Source: Octopus vulgaris
Taxonomy: Eukaryota
DNA length: 64,000 nt
Assembly: GCA_951406725.2 (NCBI GenBank)
Contig: OX597815.1
Location: forward strand, 28,210,001-28,274,000
Direction of reading: 5' to 3'
The notes under the pieces were generated by a model. It did no database searches and had not been told where the DNA came from. It worked only from the letters and a program-made list of their open reading frames with translations. The translations under genes were made by a program, and so were the position numbers. Within the stretch, counting starts at the first letter, position 1. The number at the start of each line of letters is the position of its first letter. Below, in pieces: positions 50,373-62,817 of the stretch.

Positions 50373-50958
50373 GCCTTTCACATTTAAACTGGCTTTATCC
50401 AGCCTAAATATTCTGCCTGTTTTAAGTTTAAACCAATCAGATCTGACTTCTCACAAATGGCATAGCTGTGTGGTATGTAGCTTGCTTCCCAACTCTATGT
50501 TTCTGGGTTCAGTCCAAGTGTGTGGCACTTTGGGTAAGTGTCTTCTACTATTGCCTCAGGACAACTAAAGCTTTGTGGGTGAAATTCGTAGACAGAATCC
50601 CATCACATATGTATATATATATATCTATGTGTGTCTTTGTGTCTATGTTTGTTCCCATCTACTGATTCACAACTCATGTTAATGTGTTTGCCTCCCTGTA
50701 ACTTAGCAGTTCAGCAAAAGAGACCAATAAAATAAGTACCAGGATTTAAAAAAACTAAGTACTGGGGCTGACTCATTTAACTAAAAATTCTTCAAGGCAG
50801 AGCCCCAGGATGGCTGCAGTCTAATGACTGAAACAAGTAGGAGATAAAAAAATGTCACTGAAATCTCGAAGCTAGGAGATAATTAACGCATGATTAATTA
50901 AAAACAATGTGAATAAATTTAGCATTACATTGGACAGAGTAATCTGAATGCTAAATGA
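50373..50958 (+). mobile_element. piggyBac MITE (family 2) split by a SINE A copy (about 50459-50850)
   Basis: MITE left part CATTTAAACTGGC...CAGATCTGACTTCTCAC and right part ...GAATGCTAAATGA-TTAA flank a family A SINE. Confidence 0.7.
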
Positions 50959-51266
50959 TTAAGACATATTTTGCCATTTATAAATTGAATTTTTATATTT
51001 TTGTATTTTTTCATACTTTGTCATGTTTTTATTATTTTGATTTTTTAATCTTTTACTTGTTTCAGACATTTGACTGCAATCATGCTGGAGCACTGCCTTG
51101 AGTAATTTTTAGTTGAATGAATTGACATTAGTAGTTAAATTTTTTTTTAAAGTCTGGTACTTATTTTATTAGTGTCTTTTGCTGACCCACTAAGTCACAG
51201 GGACATAAACACACCAACACCAGTCGTCAAGCAGTAGAAGGAAACAAATACACACACACACAAATA

Positions 51267-51298
<32 letters not shown>

Positions 51299-51322
51299 CA
51301 CTTTATTTAAAAGCAGCAGAAA

Positions 51323-51381
51323 TTTAACAAAAGCTGTTACTCGGAGTTTCACATTCCCGTTCGTCGGACAGTTTTGTTAAA
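51323..51381 (-). ncRNA. Type I hammerhead-like motif with variant core CCGACGA
   Basis: UUUAACAAAA-CUGU-CCGACGA-ACG-GGAA-UGU-GAAA-CUC-C-GAG-UA-ACAG-C-UUUUGUUAAA. Stem I is 14 bp with one bulge; stem III is quasi-palindromic. Activity not shown. Confidence 0.65.
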
Positions 51382-52938
51382 ATAGAACCAAGATGACAAT
51401 TCTATCAAGACTAGTATAAACAATACGCCTTTAAAAATGGATTTGTTTGATTGGTCCTTTCAAATAACGGTCATATGCGAGTGATAAACAAAAATAAACA
51501 AAACAAATAAATGAGTTCAATATGAAATTATAAAAATCGAGGAAAAACCTTAAATCGAAGATTTGATTCAAATACATATTGTCATTAATTATGTAGAAAA
51601 TATAATTCGATTAATATAATTAATACATAAAAATTGAAATTAAAATATATTAAAATATATTAAAATATTTAACAATATACAATGGGCTTGTTTCAGTTTC
51701 TGTCTACAAACTCCACTCACAAGGCTCTGATCGGCCTGAGGCAGGCCGATCAAAAACAATCATCCAAGTAGAAGACAATTGTCCAAGGTGCAACACAATT
51801 GGACTGAACCTGGAACCATGTGGTTGGAAAGCAAATCTCTTACCACACAGCCACATCTTGGAATTTTTTACCTTTATTTTTGGTGGCATTATTACAAACC
51901 AATAGAAATACCTTGCAGTATTTATTCCAACTTTTTACATCCTCAGTTTAAACCCTGCCGAAGATAACTTTGGTGTTCATTCTTTTGAGTTCAAGAAAAT
52001 AAACTACCGGGCCAGTAACAGGGCTGATGCTGTTGACTAGCCCCAATCCTTCCACCAATTTTCAGGCTTTGAGCCTATGTTAGAAACCATTAGGTATGCC
52101 TGACACTTCTCACAGAATATTTGTTTCATTTTTGTCTTTTTTGTACAACCTATTAAATTATGCAATTCAGTAAAAAAAAAAAACTCAAAAAACTTATTAA
52201 TTTAATAAAATGATACTGGATAATGGGACAACCAGCTGTAATAAAAATATTTAAATTGAGCTGAATTTAATTTGAAAATTAATCCATGGAAGGGGAGGAC
52301 TAGAGCTAATTACAGCTTGACAAAGTCCATGCATTATTTTAATACTTAAAAAGAGTATTTACATTTGGAATAAATATTGATTTCAAATTTTAGCACAAGG
52401 CCAGCAATTTTGAGGGAGGGGTTAATTTGATTACTTCGATACCAGTGCTCAACTGGTACTTAATTTATTGACACCCAAATGATGAAAGGTAAAGTTGATC
52501 CCAGCAGAATTTGAACTCAGACCATAAAGATGGATGAAATTCTGCTAAGCATTTTGCCTAATGTGCTAACGATTCTGCCAGCTTGCTGCCTTATATTGGG
52601 CAGTACTGTGTAAAAGCACCTCTGTGGTGCCACACAAAAGGGCCCTTGAGGTGTCACATAAAAGTACCCATGCAGTGCCATGTAAAAGCAGCCAGCACAC
52701 ATTGTAGAGTGGTGGGCATTAGGAAGGGCATCCAGCCATAGAATCCATGCTTAATCACACTGATTCTGGTGCAGCTCTCCAGCTTGCCAGCTCTGTTCAA
52801 ACTGTCCAACCCATACCAGCATGGACAACAGATGTTAAATGATGATGATGTATGTGTATGTGGTGTTTTTTTTTTTATACATTTATTTCTATTAAGGTGT
52901 TGGTGTGGCTGCATGGTTAAAAAGCTTGCTTCCAACTA

Positions 52939-53451
52939 CTGTGAATCCTCGAGTATAATCCGCATTTTCCCCACCAAAATTTAAAGGTCAAAGTCCCGAG
53001 TGCGTACTATATACGAGTTTAAAAATGAAAATTATTTTCTAAGCAATGTCCGAGTCTCTATTTGCTGTCCGGCAATGTTTATTCAGACGCATTTTGTGAT
53101 GTCGGGCGTGAAAATACCTTAAGCTAAGCCTGAAAGCAATGAAGTCATAAAAGAATTATCCATAACTTGCAGTAAGCAACATTTATTAAACGTTATTACT
53201 GTTATTTCTTTATTTTCTGCAAACAAAATGCACAAAAAAGCTACATGTTTGCATTATGTTATATATACAATAATAATAAAGGACGTTACCGTATACATTT
53301 TTACAAACCAAGGATGTTATATAGACCTCCTTGACTCAAGTTAGAGAAGGGGTGCGTATTATACACAAGGTTTAGGTTTTTCAGAGGTACAACCCCCTAA
53401 AAATCCCCTGCGTATTATACTCAAGGGCGGACTATACCCGAGGATTTACGG
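52939..53451. mobile_element. Tc1/mariner-superfamily (Tc2/pogo-like) MITE nested in a SINE A2 head
   Basis: TA-flanked inverted repeats CTGTGAATCCTCGAGTATAATCCGC / GCGGACTATACCCGAGGATTTACGG, with repeated subterminal TGCGTAYTATA motifs. The SINE resumes at 53454. Confidence 0.88.
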
Positions 53452-54601
53452 TATATAGTCTTAGATCCAGTCCCAATGCGTGGTGTCTTGGGCAAGTGTC
53501 TTTTACTAAGCTTCAGGCCAGCCAAGGCCTTGTGAAGAAGCCTGTTGTAAATAAGTGTGTGTTTGTGTTTGTGTGTACCCTTGTATTGATATAACATTGT
53601 ATATGAGAATCGCTGTCATACAAATAATATTACTCATTTCCAGTCTTTCATGAAAAACATGTCTGGCCAAGGGGAAATATTACTTTGCTTGCAAATAGGT
53701 AAGGGTTAGCAACAGGAAGGGTATCTGACCATATAAAATCTGCCTCAACAGATTCTGTCTGACCCATGCATGGAAATGTTGCATTTTAAGTGATGACAAT
53801 GATTTAAAAAGCTTGTCAGAATGGATGGCTGAGAGAAAATTGATTTATATACTTGTCAATTTGTTAAAGTAGACTTTAGTAATTGTAGTTTATACAATGA
53901 GTAAGCTGATATCACTGCAAGTAGCTAAACTTTGCTGTGTGTTGCTGTGTTTATTATGACCCATCTACATATTGGAATTTTGTTGATTTGGCACTGATCA
54001 GGAGATGAAATATTGCTGTTGTGACATTTATGCTTTACATATTTTAATATGTATGAGAGAGAAAACTATGACTTGTTCTATAAAATTGTTTAATGTTTTT
54101 TGTTTCGTTAAACTTTTAGATATTATTGAAATCAATCATGTTCTAGTTATTAAAACAGGCAAAATATAACAAGAATCATACCATAATCATGTGATGTTCA
54201 TGCTTTATCAAAGGGCATATATTATTTTGAAGTTAAGTTAAATGGTTTGAATTGAGAAATTACACTAGTGGACTTGATTTACCAGAAGCTTACCAGTACC
54301 TTGTGCTGCTTACACACACAAAACTACTATTAATGAAGCCAATAAATAAGGCAACTCCCCACGATCATTTGTTCTGCAAAAAATAGCAGCTAAATCTTCT
54401 TCAGTATAATAATTAACTGTTAATTAATTAGTCATTGTAGTTCTAGATATAGTTCTAGATACAGCTTACTAGAATGTCTCTGATCACAGATAAGCTAAAT
54501 CAACACTAATCTAGGATTAAACAACTCTTACTGTTGATAGATTTCTTGTGGCTAAACATGTTTTAGGAGTAAAATGTGTCCTCAAATGAATTGGGTATAT
54601 T

Positions 54602-54830
54602 GGTGAGCTGGTAGAAGCGTTAGCACGCCGGGCGAAAAGCTAAGTGGTATTTCGTCTGCCGCTACGTTCTGAGTTCAAATCCCACCGAGGTCGACTTTGC
54701 CTTTCATCCTTTCGGGGTCGATTAAATAAGTACCAGTTACACACTGGGGTCGATATAATCGATTTAATCCGTTTGTCTGTCCTTGTTTGTCCCGTCTGTG
54801 TTTAGCCCCTTGTGGGTAGTAAAGAAATAT
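54602..54830 (+). mobile_element. Meta-like SINE (family B, tail 1)
   Basis: B box GAGTTCAAATCCC. Colinear with 3385-3614. Confidence 0.9.
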
Positions 54831-55288
54831 ATATTACTATTTTACCAGGGTATTCCCTTTAATTAAACAAGAAGGGATAAAATAATGAGATACTGAACTC
54901 ATTTTTTAACATCTCATAATGATGCTAATAGTTTTTTTTTTTGAAAGAAAATGCTGTTAGCAGATATTTCATTCTCAGTCAAAATATCAATAATTTAGTG
55001 CTTAATCTGTCAGTTACTCATGCTTCTGTTTTAATCATAGGGCAAAATAAAATAAAATGATAATAATTAAGAAACAAAAACCCCACCCACTTAGATATTG
55101 ATTAATTATATAGGCACATGGGTTCAAATTTACAAGGGAGGAGCAATAATAAGGTGAAATGTTTGTGAGGTTCTCAAGGGCATCAGTAACTTAGATGACA
55201 TAAAATGGTTACAATTTTTTTTTTATTTAGAATTTTTTTTATGAAGAGTTGTATTTGACCTGAAAATATACTCTTTTATATCCCTTTA

Positions 55289-55494
55289 CTGTATTTTCTG
55301 GCATACAAATCAAATAGCATATAATGTAAACATGTACTGTAAACATTCAAACATTATTACTATATTTCCCAAATTCTGCTGTATTTCATATGGAATTTTT
55401 GATCTTCCAAATCCATCTTTGTGTTAAGTTGACCTACTATTTTTTGCCGTAAATTTTGGTCAGAAAAATTCGAGTTGTGTGCCAGAAAATATGG
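55289..55494. mobile_element. Small Tc2/pogo-like MITE
   Basis: TA-CTGTATTTTCTGGCATACAA ... TTGTGTGCCAGAAAATATGG-TA. Confidence 0.75.
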
Positions 55495-56800
55495 TACTTG
55501 CTTCACTCAGTTATGGCAGGCTTCAACAATGTTTCCTTCTTCACAAGGCATTGGTCAACCAAGGGCTAAACTAGAAGACACTTGTCTAAGGTGCCATGCA
55601 GTGGCTGAAGCTGAAACCACATGGTTAGCAAAGCAAGCTTCTTAACCACATAACCATGGTTTTGTGTGAAGAATTTCTGAAATTCTATGGCCTAGTAATA
55701 TCACCAGGAACAGTGATAGTTGAGAAAAGCCTATCTTGGCATAACAGTATGGTCAACCAGTCGTATCTGTAGTGAGAATATTCAGCAGTAATCCGCTGTT
55801 GTGATTTGCTAGAATATTACTCACAGGATCAACAAAATATGACTAATCACAACTTTGTGTGGAATAGGCTCCAGCAATGATTTCATCTTTTGGCATGCTT
55901 CTTTCTGGGCTTGACCATCAGTATAAATTCAGCACATCTTGACTACTAAACAGAGAGCTTTAGAGAGAATTGAGAGACAGCAGAGCTGAGATGGTGGACT
56001 GATAGTGAACAGATGTGGACAGCTGCTGACCCAAGCTGGCAACAACCACAACGAATGATTGGCAACAGCAATCCAACGACCAACAGCTAACTTTCTGAAA
56101 GAACAATAACATTTGAACCCTCTCGACATTTTGTAATTTGTAGTAACAACAGTATTTGGTTTTTGTGTATGAAAAGAATAAAATTTTGTTTATAAAAAAT
56201 TGCAACAAATTCAGAGTTCTTCATATATATCCAACATATGGGAGAGAAAACAAATAGATATTTTCCATATATTTGTAAAAAACATATTTGGTTATACAAT
56301 TTAGTTGTTACCATACATTAAAAACAATTTGTTTGTCAACTAATGCCATTTTGAAAATAAACTCACTCTGGGAAAGATAATCAGGCAGTGTTTTTGTATG
56401 ATGTTGGTATGACTGGGTGAGACTAAAAGTGTTAAAGTTGAGTTTTCTCTCTCTAATGGTACTTTGATCATCTTCTGAAAGTTACCACTTAAAAGGAAAA
56501 GTAAAGGTGGAAAAGGAAATTCTGTTTTTGGTAACTATATATAAGGTGTATGAAAATGGCAAAAATCAATATGAGGGAATGAGATTATGTGATGGCAGAA
56601 AGAGTTTTCAGCTCCCTGATTCACCTTGAATGGCTATCCTTATTTTTTTTTTCTTTCCCATTTATACATAATTTTTTTTATATTTCTGTTTACATTCTAG
56701 TTTTAGGAAACCAACACAATGCCTTTTTGTTTTCCTTTCAGTGAATTTGTCTCGACAGTTTCATAATGTTCTTTCTTCTTTTGCCTCCTTGGTCACAAAG

Positions 56801-56834
<34 letters not shown>

Positions 56835-59294
56835 GTGATCATCATCATCATCACTACTACAACTGCTATTATTATTGTTATCATCATTATTATTGATGTT
56901 ATTATTAGTTTTCTTTCAGCTTAATGTAATACCAGTTTGAAAAGAGCTGATTTTCAACAAATACTAATGCTGCTGATACTAATGTTGCTGCATATTGTTG
57001 TGCCAGCACAGATTGACAGTATTATATATTGTCAATAAAGCATCTCAGTTGTATTTCTTTTATAATAACTATGATTTAGAGGTCAGAACTTGTCCATAAA
57101 CCCTTTAGAAGCTTTATACTAAGAGCAAACACTTTTATATTTATCACAATAAATTCTTACTTTCTAAGTGGTTTCTTTCATTATGCTGTGCTCAAGTTAT
57201 TTATTTTAGTTATATTTTTTTTATCTAAATTTGTTTATTTTGTTTTTAACCAATTACTTTAGTGCCTTACTGCTTTTGTTTATAGAAATGGCCTGAAAGC
57301 AAGCAGCCCAACTGCAGAGGAAAAAAACAGTATATTGCTTCAATGAAGATTACTTTCACATACAAGCAAAACTAATAATACTGATAGATCTAAAACCTAT
57401 TGTGAAAATATATATATATACGAATTAAATGGAGAAAACAAACAATAGCAAAGCTACAGCAAGAAAATCAAAATTAAAGTGATATGGCTTACTATAGAAA
57501 CATCAAATAGAATATTGATATAATCATAATGCTTTTTTTTTTGTTGAAAGATTACAAATTCACGAAGAAGTTATTATGGGATGTGGTGATATTTGTGTAT
57601 TTTTCCCCCCAAGAGCATTGGAGAAATAATTGAATCAGTTTCAATTTGTTGTTGACATCTATCAGATTATATATTATAATATTATTTAAAAGGATATGAA
57701 TATCAAAACATTTTGCTTCCCTTTCCCAAAATTCTGAACATAAGTAGGTTTTATAAACCAAATTATAATAGTTAAAAAAATTTAACTTCTAATGAAAGGC
57801 TTTACCCAAGGAATATTATTATGTTCCATATCGAAAGTCACAATACAATATATACAGTAAATCTTACAAGGCATTATTTGTTGGAGAGTCAATACATCAT
57901 CTAGTTAGAATAAGCTCTATAGAGCTTAAAGCAAGCTCTATAGAGTATAAAAAGTTTGCAAAGTAAAACAAATTATTTTGTCGATAAGAAGAGAGGTCTA
58001 ACACTTCAGGCAGAAATCTTCTCTCCAAAGGCTAGACTTCTTTCCTTCCTCACAACAAAATAATTTATTTCATATAATTAACTTTTTGTATTTACTCTTT
58101 GCTGACACAAGCCATCACTATCTAAGTTCCCTTGGATTCTATTGATTCACTTTCCAACCAAAATTTCATTTGTGCCTGGAGTCATTATAATTATATTGGT
58201 TCTATTATGCTTAAGAATTGCAAGTGGCATGATAGTTACAACTTTCAAATTGGCATCCACCAAAAATTTGAGTAGTTTTCTTTAGTTTTATATATGGTGA
58301 TATTATTTTTATCACAGAATTTTACAAGCCTTAAGCTTTTCCTTCCTAGTATCTTAGCACAACAAACCACTGTCTCAGTGCTAGGATCTTTAGATAAGAT
58401 TAGGGAAATCCTTTTTAAGAACAGGAATTGGATGAAATTTAATGTCACTACATGCTAAATGATCAACAAGTTATCCTATGGCCAGTATTGCACTGTGTCT
58501 AAACAAGTCACTTAAATCTTAATAACACAGTTTGTTTGGCTGTAAATAGGTACCACATGCTAGCAAGAAGAACACAGTATAATTAACAACTATTTCATTT
58601 ACTTACATTGCTGAGTTCAAGTCCTTGTGTGTGAGGGTCATAAGAAAAATACTGACCAAAATGCGACTAAATTTACTCTGGAAATAATGTTCAATAAGGG
58701 TTCATAGAACTACTTCCCCACCAGTTCTCTGATAATCTGACATTTTAAGAATAGTGTTGATTGATATTTAGCTCAATAGGAACCAATGGGTCAATCACTG
58801 GTTCACTGTATTCTTAATGATGAGAGCAACAAGATAAGATGTATCTGTGCACTCTGCTTTTGAAAGCTTGTGTTCTGGTCACCAGAATATTGAGACAGTG
58901 CTGATTGCAGATTCTAGAAAATTGTTTCATATTTTGATTGACAAGCACAGAAAGCCAATTGCTCCAAATTGCAATAACTGAATGCAGAAAGTGTAGAGAT
59001 TACAGTAGCTTTCATGCTGCTAAGTTATGTATCATTCAGTGCAAGTTTATCCATCTGCTTCTCTCTCTCTCTCTCTCTCAGTGTTAAAAATAGAAATGGT
59101 TAAGTAGTCTAAGTAGTTTATTTTGCAACCACATGATTTCAGGTTCAATTCCACTGCACAGCAATTTAACATGTATCTTCTAGCCTAGCCATCAGTCAAT
59201 CAAAAGATAATGAGTAAAATTTGATAGATGGGAACTGTATGGAAGCTATTTGTATGTATGTCTAAATATGTATGTGTGTGTAACATACAAAAAT

Positions 59295-59591
59295 GTTCCT
59301 TCTCGAGCCATGCCTGGCTCATAAGGGCCGGTTTCCCGGTTTCCTAGATGCACAGGTTCCCCAATTGGATGAGACGTTGGTCTGTCACAGGTGAGCTGCA
59401 ACTGCAGGAGGAAAGAGTGAGAGAAAGCTGTGGTGAAAGAGTCAGCAGAAGCTCGCCATTACCTTCTGCAGGAGCCGCATGGAGCTTAGGTGTTTCGCTC
59501 ATAAACACACACATCATACGGTCAGAAATTCGAACCCATGATCCCTCAACCGCGAGTCCGCTGCTCTAACCACTAGGCCATGTGCCTCCAC
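59295..59591 (-). mobile_element. SINE with family D head and body but a different 3' tail
   Basis: Minus head GTGGAGGCACATGGCCTAGTGGTTAGAGC and the CTCTTTCACCACA.CTTTCTCTCACTCTT body are shared with family D. The sequence then diverges to ...GAAACCGGGAAACCGGCCCTTATGAGCCAGGCATGGCTCGAGAAGGAAC. Confidence 0.85.
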
Positions 59592-60139
59592 CATGAGAAA
59601 ATAGTGAGTTGATTACAAATAATATAGAAAACAGTGGCATGGTTAGACAAAGAAATTTACAGGAGAAATGAAAACAGTACAAATGAAATTACCCCTTGAC
59701 AAATGGAAACCATACAAATTTGGATGTATAAGTCTTAGATGTTTTCATTTATCCTGTAAGCTTTTTTGTTGTTTGTCTGTGCCACTTTTCACAAATGAAC
59801 ATCATTATTGTTGCTTAACATCCACTTTTTTTTATGCTTGTATGGCTTAGATGGAGTTTGTTGAGGAAGATTTTCTACATCTGGATATGGTTCCTGTTGC
59901 CAACCCTCACTTATTTTCAAGCATGTCCAGACACGTTTTTCATGTAAGACTGGAAATAAACAATGCCGCTTGTATGACAGTGATGCTCATTTACATTCAT
60001 CACATGATGTCATGAGAAGGGTTAAAACAGACAGACACACACACACACATATACACGTACATATATAGCCCTAGGCCAACCAAAGTCCTGCAAATTAATT
60101 TGATATATGGAAACTGAAAGATAGATATACATATATCTG

Positions 60140-60475
60140 AGACCCCTTTTGGTCATGACACAGACTATGGGATTGCACCTAGAAAGTTACCCTCCCAGGC
60201 ACAAATCCGGGCAAGGTTGTTTATGGAAGACCAGCAGTCGCCCATGCATACCAGCCTCCCCTCTCCACGCCACCAGTGTTATCCAAGGGAAAGGCAAAGG
60301 CTGATACAGCTTGGCACCTGTGACATTGCAACTCATTTCTACAGCTAAGTGATCTGGAGCAATGTGAAATAAAGTGTCTTGCTCAAGAACACAACATGCA
60401 GCCCGGTCCGGGATTCGAGATCACAACCTTACGATCATAAGCTTGACACTCTAACCACTGAGCCATGTATTACAC
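60140..60475 (-). mobile_element. SINE family F
   Basis: Colinear with 24855-25179. Confidence 0.85.
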
Positions 60476-60740
60476 ATGTATTAATGCATATATGTGTGTG
60501 TGTGTGTGTGTGCTTCATTTCTTTGACACTGCATGATGGTTATAAAATGAATATGACTGTGTAACAAGTGATGGTGCTTGTTTCCAATCTTCCTTGTAAA
60601 CATGTCTTCCAATGGGGAACTATTAACTTGCTTGGAAACAGGTGATGGTTGGTAGCAGAGTGAGTATCCAGCTGTAGAAAATCCACCTCAAGAAATTCTA
60701 TCTGACCCATGCAAGCATAGAAAAGTGGACATCATAATAA

Positions 60741-60955
60741 TCTTTTCTACTTTAGGCACAAGGCCCGAAATTTTGGGGGAGGGGGCCTGTCAATTAGATC
60801 AACCCCAGCATGCAACTGATATTTAATTTATTGACCCCAAAAGGATGAAAGGCAAAGTTGACCTCAGTGGAATTTGATCTCAGAACATAAAGACAGATGA
60901 AATACTGCTAAGCATTTTGCTCGGTATGCTAATGATTCTGCCAGCCTGCTGCCTT
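60741..60955 (-). mobile_element. Meta-like SINE (family B, tail type 2) with TSD, inserted in an A2-type tail
   Basis: GTGGACAT(C/T)ATAATAA at 60725-60740 and 60956-60971. Tail CCCTCCCCCAAAATTTCGGGCCTTGTGCCTAAAGTAGAAAAG. Confidence 0.85.
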
Positions 60956-61158
60956 GTGGACATTATAATAATGATGATGACAGGTGTATACCAGTGCCAG
61001 ATGGCTTAAAGGTTATAATTTGTGATGTTTACATTTGTCTTAGTTGCTTTCCTTTATGCACAGTTGCTATAGACCCTTGGAGATGATGCCTCATCATAGT
61101 TGCAATTCATGGATTCAATCAGTAAAATATACACTCTCAGTTTCAGCATTATTACGTA

Positions 61159-61348
61159 CTATGTTTGATGGCATAAAAGACACAGGTATGTTAGATGCAC
61201 CCCAATTTCAGCAGCACATATTCAAGAAAAATGTTTTTAGTTCATTAAAGCATGTGATATAATCATCTTTGCATACAAAAACCCAGGCTGATATTTTGAA
61301 ACATTTTCGGGGGAAATAAAATTGCATCTGATATGCCATCAAATATGG
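61159..61348. mobile_element. Small Tc2/pogo-like MITE
   Basis: TA-CTATGTTTGATGGCATA ... TATGCCATCAAATATGG-TA. Confidence 0.7.
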
Positions 61349-61480
61349 TACTTAGAAGACAGTAGTAAACTGGCAGAATTGTTAGCACATTGGATAAAAA
61401 TGCCTAATGACATTTCTTCCAGCTCTTTACATTCTGAGTTTAAATTCTGCAAAGGTCAACTCTTCTTTTTCAGTCTTTAA

Positions 61481-61691
61481 CCCTTTAGCATTTAAACCGG
61501 CCAAAAGTATTCAGCCTGTTTTATGTTCAAACAGGCCAGATCTGGTCTCTCACGCCAACCCTACAATATCATTTGAAAAATGAACAGCTACCTCATCAAA
61601 ATCTCATAGCTACAAGATAATGCACGATTAGTTCAAAACAATGTGGATGAAGAAGCATTAATTTTGGCAGAATAATGTGAACACTAAAGGG
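61481..61691 (+). mobile_element. piggyBac-type MITE (family 2) inserted in an old Meta-like SINE
   Basis: TTAA at 61477-61480 and 61692-61695. Ends CCCTTTAG / CTAAAGGG. Confidence 0.88.
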
Positions 61692-62314
61692 TTAAGGGAC
61701 AAAAAATAAGAATCAATTGAGCAGCTAGAATTTGAATCCACTATTATTTAGAAAAAAATTCAACCAGTTTTCTTCTAACCAATTTCTGCTTCTTTCTGTT
61801 TCACACATCAAGTTACACATTTCAACATCTCTACTATTTCCTTTCTCTTACCTCTCATTGTACCTTCATTAACATAAGGTAATGTGCAAATAAATACATT
61901 GAGATTTCTTAAATGTTTAATGAGGGTGGATCATACCACAACAACCCATAATCTACAAAACCCAAGTACGTGCTAGTTTTGTTGATATATTTGGTAACAG
62001 CAGAATACTATTTTCACTTTCATATGATTAATTCTTGTGAGTGTATGTTTCTTGCAGCACTAGTAACAGAGAAAAGGTATTTTAAGATTGGGTGTCCTAT
62101 ATTGTTTTTATTTCAGGGAAATAAAAACAGTATAGCTGTCCCATCTTTGTTGGCTGATGAGAATCCTATTGAGGTGTCACACATCCCTATTATATGAGTC
62201 ACATTTCTATTGAGATAAAGCAAGATGGAGAAAGTAGAGAGAGAAATAAAAGGAGAAATGAACATAAAAAGGTTAAACATAAAAAGCAGAGAAAGGGCAA
62301 GAGAGAAAGCAAAG

Positions 62315-62392
<78 letters not shown>

Positions 62393-62729
62393 AAGTTATC
62401 ATGTGTTTGTAATAAAAAGAAATCATCAAAATGATTTAATATCCCCCAATAAGAGATGTTTAACAGGGACTTTTCAAGATAGCTCATTACTGAAGAGTGA
62501 TTAAAACTGTAGGCATGTTTACAGAGAAATAATGTGTTTCTTTCAGATTCCATCTTCTAAATTCACTCACAAGGTTGTTGTAGAAGCCACCTGTCCAAGA
62601 TGCCACTTAGTAGGACTGAGCCTGAAATGGTTGGGAAGTGAATCACACCTGCACCTGTATATCATTAGTATTCTCCATTGCTGGAGAAAGGGAAACAGTG
62701 ACTGGGCCACCCTGATTCTTCTGATAAGA

Positions 62730-62815
<86 letters not shown>
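62730..62815 (+). repeat. (GA)n microsatellite
   Basis: Directly visible. Similar tracts: (GA)n 18305-18377, (CA)n 24594-24647, (TG)n 25562-25633, (GAT)n 34983-35095 and many (TA)n. Confidence 0.98.

Positions 62816-62817
<2 letters not shown>

Noticed and set aside
51728-51752. 11-bp-arm hairpin TGATCGGCCTG-AGG-CAGGCCGATCA
   Set aside because: A private inverted duplication within one SINE A copy, absent from the other copies.
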